Shown: positions 57,950-64,000 of the stretch, one piece after another
How positions within the stretch are numbered: position 1 is the first letter of the stretch
How the letters are laid out: each line of letters begins with the position of its first letter
NCBI GenBank assembly: GCA_964016885.1
Contig: OZ024744.1
Location: forward strand, 109,988,001 to 110,052,000
Length of the DNA: 64,000 nt
Source of the DNA: Eledone cirrhosa
Taxonomy: Eukaryota
Direction of reading: 5' to 3'
Translations under genes and position numbers: made by a program
Notes under the pieces: model-generated
Seen by the model: only the letters and a program-made list of their open reading frames with translations
What the model was told of the DNA's origin: nothing
Databases searched by the model: none

Positions 57950-60900
57950 TACGTGTACTTACTTATATTTAAGTAAGAGCCGTACTAAGAGTGGGAAATG
58001 AAATTTCCTTTCATTTTTTTCCGTTTATCTTTTTCGTTGCACCCGGCCGATTAACCCACTCGATATGCAATTTGGGCTACTCAATCGTTAATATTCATAA
58101 GTTAAGTATATACGTTCAACGATCTGGCAGGAAGGTATACGTTGCTGACGATGGCTAGTAAGCTTGAAACTAGTACAGTGTTCCTTTGTCAGTGTTGAAC
58201 AAACGAGCAACGATGGTTGCTAGACACTACGGCTTAATACGGGATGTTTGTTTACAAACACACCGATCATTATAATAAATGTTCGGTGAATCCATACGTA
58301 CATATATATATATGTGTGCATGTATGTATATATATATACATACTACTGTACGTCTGTATACATATATGTATGTACGTGTACATACTTATATTTAAGTAAC
58401 AGCCGTACTAAGAGTGGGAATGAAATTTCGTTTCATTTTTTCCGTTCATCCTTTTCGTTGTACCCGGCCGATTAACCCACTCGATATGCAAATTGAGCTA
58501 CTCAGCCATTAATATGCATAAGGTAAGTATATACGTTCAACAATCTGGCAGGAAGGTATACGTTGCTGACGATAGCTAATAAGCTTGAAACTAGTACAGC
58601 GATCCTTTGTCAGTGTTGAACAAACGAGCAACGACGGTTGGTAGACACTACGGCTTAATACGGGATGTTTGTTTACAAACACACCGAGCATTATAATAAA
58701 TGTTCGTTGAATACATACGTACATATATATATGTGTGCATGTATGTATAAATATATACATACTACTGTACGTCTGTATACATATATGTATGTAGGTGTAC
58801 ATACTTATATTTAAGTTACAGCCGTACTAAGAGTGGGAAATGAAATTTCGTTTCATTTTTTCCTTTTATCGTTTTCGGTGCACCCGGCCAATTAACCGAC
58901 TCTATATGCAAATTGAGCTACTCTGCCGTTAATATGCCTAAGTTAAGTATATACGTTCAACAATCTGCCAGGAAGGTATACGTTGCTGACGATAGCTAAT
59001 AAGCTTGAAACTAGTACAGCGTTCTTTTGTCAGTGTTGAACAAACGAGCAACGATGGTTGGTAGACACTACGGCTTAATACGGGATGTTTGTTTACAAAC
59101 ACACAAAGCATTATAATAAATGTTCGGTGAATACATACGTACATATATATATGTGTGCATGTATGTATAAATATATACATACTACTGTACGTCTGTATAC
59201 ATATATGTATGTAGTTGTACATACTTATATTTAAGTTACAGCCGTACTAAGAGTGGGAAATGAAATTTCGTTTCATTTTTCCGTTTATCGTTTTCGGTGC
59301 ACCCGGCCGATTAACCGACTCTATATGCAAATTGAGCTACTCTGCCGTTACTATGCCTAAGTTAAGTATATACGTTCAACAATCTGGCAGGAAGGTATAC
59401 GTTGCTGACGATAGCTAATAAGCTTGAAACTAGTACAGCGTTCCTTTGTCAGTGTTGAACAAACGAGCAACGATGGTTGGTAGACACTACGGCTTAATAC
59501 GGGATGTTTCTTTACAAACACACCGAGCATTATAATAAATGTTCGGTGAATCCATACGTACATATATATATGTGTGCATGTATGTATATACATATATACA
59601 TACTACTGTACGTCTGTATACATATATGTATGTACGTGTACTTACTTATATTTAAGTAAGAGCCGTACTAAGAGTGGGAAATGAAATTTCGTTTCATTTT
59701 TTTCCGTTTATCTTTTTCGTTGCACCCGGCCGATTAACCCACTCGATATGCAATTTGGGCTACTCAATCGTTAATATTCATAAGGTAAGTATATACGTTC
59801 AACGATCTGGCAGGAAGGTATACGTTGCTGACGATGGCTAGTAAGCTTGAAACTAGTACAGTGTTCCTTTGTCAGTGTTGAACAAACGAGCAACGATGGT
59901 TGCTAGACACTACGGCTTAATACGGGATGTTTGTTTACAAACACACCGATCATTATAATAAATGTTCGGTGAATCCATACGTACATATATATATATGTGT
60001 GCATGTATGTATATATATATACATACTACTGTACGTCTGTATACATATATGTATATACGTGTACATACTTATATTTAAGTAACAGCCGTACTAAGAGTGG
60101 GAATGAAATTTCGTTTCATTTTTTCCGTTCATCCTTTTCGGTGTACCCGGCCGATTAACCCACTCGATATGCAAATTGAGCTACTCAGCCATTAATATGC
60201 CTAAGTTAAGTATATACGTTCAACAATCTGCCAGGAAGGTATACGTTGCTGACGATAGCTAATAAGCTTGAAACTAGTACAGCGTTCTTTTGTCAGTGTT
60301 GAACAAACGAGCAACGAAGGTTGGTAGACACTACGGCTTAATACGGGATGTTTGTTTACAAACACACCGAGCATTATAATAAATGTTCGGTGAATACATA
60401 CGTACATATATATATGTGTGCATGTATGTATAAATATATACATACTACTGTACGTCTGTATACATATATGTATGTAGGTGTACATACTTATATTTAAGTT
60501 ACAGCCGTACTAAGAGTGGGAAATGAAATTTCGTTTCATTTTTTCCGTTCATCGTTTTCGGTGCACCCGGCCGATTAACCGACTCTATATACAAATTGAG
60601 CTACTCTGCCGTTAATATGCCTTAGTTAAGTATATACGTTCAACAATCTGGCAGGAAGGTATATGTTGCTGACGATAGCTAATAAGCTTGAAACTAGTAC
60701 AGCGTTCCTTTGTCAGCGTTGAACAAACGAGCAACGATGTTTGGTAGACACTACGGCTTAATACGGGATGTTTGTTTACAAACACACCGATCATTATAAT
60801 AAATGTTCGGTGAATCCATACGTACGTATATATATATGTGTGCATGTATGTATATATATATTTACATACTACTGTACGTCTGTATACATATGTGTATGTA

Positions 60901-63900
60901 CGTGTACATACTTATATTTAAGTAACAGCCGTACTAAGAGTTGGAAATGAAATTTCGTTTCATTTTTTCCGTTTATCGTTTTCGGTGCACCCGGCCGATT
61001 AACCCACTCGATGTCCAAATTACGCTACTCAGCCGTTAATATGCATAAGATAAGTATATACGTTCAACAATCTGGCAGGAAGGTATACGTTGCTGACGAT
61101 AGCTAATAAGCTTGAAACTAGTACAGCGTTCCTTTGTTAGTGTTGAACAAACGAGCAACGATGGTTGCTAGACACTACGGCTTAATACGGGATGTTTGTT
61201 TACAAACACACCGATCATTATAATAAATGTTCGGTGAATCCATACGTACATATATATATATATGTGTGCATGTATGTATATATATATATACATACTACTG
61301 TACGTCTGTATACATATATGTATGTACGTGTACATACTTAAATTTCAGTAACAGCCGTACTAAGAGTGGGAAAAGAAATTTCGTTTCATTTTAACAGTTT
61401 ATCGTTTTCGGTGCACCCGGCCGATTAACCGACTCTATATGCAAATTGAGCTACTCTGCCGTTAATATGCCTAAGTTAAGTATATACGATCAACAATCTG
61501 GCAGGAAGGTATACGTTGCTGACGATAGCTAATAAGCTTGAAACTAGTACAGCGTTTCTTTGTCATCGTTGAACAAACGAGCAATGATGTTTGGTAGACA
61601 CTACGGCTTAATACGGGATGTTTGTTTACAAACACACCGATCATTATAATAAATGTTCGGTGAATCCATACGTACATATATATATGTGTGCATGTATGTA
61701 TATATATATACATACTACTGTACGTCTGTATACATATGTGTATGTACGTGTACATACTTATATTTAAGTAACAGCCGTACTAAGAGTGGGAAAAGAAATT
61801 TCGTTTCATTTTAACAGTTTATCGTTTTCGGTGCACCCGGCCGATTAACCGACTCTATATGCAAATTGAGCTACTCTGCCGTTAATATGCCTAAGTTAAG
61901 TATATACGATCAACAATCTGGCAGGAAGGTATACGTTGCTGACGATAGATAATAAGCTTGAAACTAGTACAGCGTTCCTTTGTCAGCGTTGAACAAACGA
62001 GCAATGATGTTCGGTAGACACTACGGCTTAATACGGGATGTTTGTTTACAAACACACCGAGTATTATAATAAATGTTCGGTGAATCCATACGTACATATA
62101 TATATGTGTGCATGTATGTATATATATATACATACTACTGTACGTCTGTATACATATGTTTATGTACGTGTACATACTTATATTTAAGTAACAGCCGTAC
62201 TAAGAGTGGGAAATGAAATTTCGTTTTATTTTTTACGTTTATCGTTTTCGGTGCACCCGGCCGATTAACCGACTCTATATGCAAATTGAGCTACTCTGCC
62301 GTTAATATGCCTAAGTTAAGTATATACGTTCAACAATCTGGCAGGAAGGTATACGTTGCTGACGATAGGTAATAAGCTTGAAACTAGTACAGCGTTCCTT
62401 TGTCAGTGTTGAACAAACGAGCAACGATGGTTGCTAGATACTACGGCTTAATACGGGATGTTTGTTTACAAACACACCGATCATTATAATAAATGTTCGG
62501 TGAATCCATACGTACGTATATATATGTGTGCATGTATGTATATATATATATACATACTACTGTACGTCTGTATACATATATGTATGTACGTGTACATACG
62601 AATATTTAAGTAACAGCCGTACTAAGAGTGGGAAATGAAATTTCGTTTCATTTTTTTCCGTTTATCGTTTTCGGTGCACCCGGCCGATTAAGCGACTCTA
62701 TATACAAATTGAGCTACTCTGCCGTTAATATGCCTAAGTTAAGTATATACGTTCAACAATCTGGCAGGAATGTATATGTTGCTGACGATAGCTAATAAGC
62801 TTGAAACTAGTACAGCGTTCCTTTGTCTGTGTTGTACAAACGAGCAACGATGGTTGGTAGACACTACGGCTTAATACGGGATGTTTGTTTACAAACACAC
62901 CGATCATTATAATAAATGTTCGGTGAATCCATACGTACATATATATATATGTGTGCATGTATGTATATATATATACATACTACTGTACGTATGTAAACAT
63001 ATGTGTATGTACGTGTACATACTTATATTTAAGTAACAGCCGTACTAAGAGTGGGAAATGAAATTTCGTTTCATTTTTTCCGTTTATCGTTTTCGGTGCA
63101 CCCGGCCGATTAACCCACTCGATGTCCAAATTACGCTACTCAGCCGTTAATATGCATAAGGTAAGTATATACGTTCAACAATCTGGCAGGAAGGTATACG
63201 TTGCTGACGACAGCTAATAATCTTGAAACTAGTACACTGTTCCTTTGTCAGCGTTGAACAAACGAGCAACGATGGTTGCCAGACACTACGGCTTAATACG
63301 GGATGCTTGTTTACAAACACACCGATCATTATAATAAATGTTCGGTGAATCCATACGTACATATATATATATATGTGTGCATGTATGTATATATATATAT
63401 ACATACTACTGTACGTCTGTATACATATATGTATGTACGTGTACATACTTAAATTTCAGTAACAGCCGTACTAAGAGTGGGAAAAGAAATTTCGTTTCAT
63501 TTTAACAGTTTATCGTTTTCGGTGCACCCGGCCGATTAACCAACTCTATATGCAAATTGAGCTACTCTGCCGTTAATATGCCTAAGTTAAGTATATACGA
63601 TCAACAATCTGGCAGGAAGGTATACGTTGCTGACGATAGATAATAAGCTTGAAACTAGTACAGCGTTCCTTTGTCAGCGTTGAACAAACGAGCAATGATG
63701 TTCGGTAGACACTACGGCTTAATACGGGATGTTTGTTTACAAACACACCGAGCATTATAATAAATGTTCGGTTAATCCATACGTACATATATACATGTGT
63801 GCATGTATGTATATATATATATACATACTACTGTACGTCTGTATACATATGTGTATGTACGTGTACATACTTATATTTAAGTAACAGCCGTACTAAGAGT
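57950..63900 (+). repeat. Dispersed copy of ~38640-45850 with whole-monomer losses
   Basis: Offsets of 19311 (39198/58509), 18466 (41735/60201), 18047 (42565/60612) and 18051 (43840/61891, 45096/63147). Confidence 0.85.
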
Positions 63901-64000
63901 GGGAAAAGAAATTTCGTTTCATTTTAACAGTTTATCGTTTTCGGTGCACCCGGCCGATTAACCGACTCTATATGCAAATTGAGCTACTCTGCCGTTAATA

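Larger units (their letters stand above)
1..64000 (+). repeat. Tandem satellite array, ~421-bp monomer, ~152 head-to-tail copies
   Basis: The GTTCAACAATCTGGCAGGAAGG motif (or close variants) recurs at 1, 423, 849, ... 2122, ... 63599 with ~420-426 bp spacing. No unique sequence or inversion was seen. Length variation comes mainly from (TA)n tracts and a T-run. Most monomers keep one HindIII (AAGCTT), SpeI (ACTAGT) and EagI (CGGCCG) site. Confidence 0.99.
1..64000 (+). mobile_element. Non-autonomous hammerhead-containing tandem repeat (non-LTR retrozyme-like / ribozyme satellite)
   Basis: A non-coding ~0.4 kb tandem unit with one type I hammerhead per unit is the architecture of newt satellite 2, Schistosoma Sm-alpha, Dolichopoda pDo500 and metazoan non-LTR retrozymes. 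No reverse transcriptase, array end or target-site duplication is visible, so mobility is inferred only. Confidence 0.55.

Noticed and set aside
201-63927. More than 100 short ORFs (60-115 aa) on both strands
   Set aside because: They are reading frames of the same monomer with Y/I/C/M/V/H/T bias from the RY tract. They are broken by TAG variants and (TA)n frameshifts, and show no recognisable domain.
1-64000. CRISPR array
   Set aside because: There are no unique spacers; the whole ~421-bp unit repeats.
1-64000. Assignment to a centromere or to a specific organism or named satellite
   Set aside because: It cannot be supported from sequence alone. A eukaryotic, probably animal, origin is only suggested by the architecture.

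Overview
The whole window is one uninterrupted, head-to-tail, AT-rich tandem array of a ~420-426 bp monomer (about 152 copies, all in the same orientation, running off both ends). It has no credible protein-coding gene; the ORF track only re-reads the repeat. The key observation is that each monomer carries, on the + strand, a type I hammerhead ribozyme motif: AAGG-TAT-ACGTTG [CTGACGA] TAGC-TAATAA-GCTT [GAAA] CTAG-TA^CAGCGT-T-CCTT. The motif has a Schistosoma-like bulged stem I, a 6-nt loop II, a palindromic ACTAGT stem III suited to dimeric cleavage, and an atypical U.U at position 10.1-11.1. The rest of the monomer is dense in nested inverted repeats. The array therefore looks like a hammerhead-bearing satellite or non-LTR-retrozyme-like repeat amplified into a large block. 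It is organised into alternating subfamily domains and near-identical multi-monomer duplications (periods 2934, 3793, 5050 and 6335 bp, plus ~18 and ~21 kb relationships). Pairings were read by eye; activity and expression are inferred, not shown.
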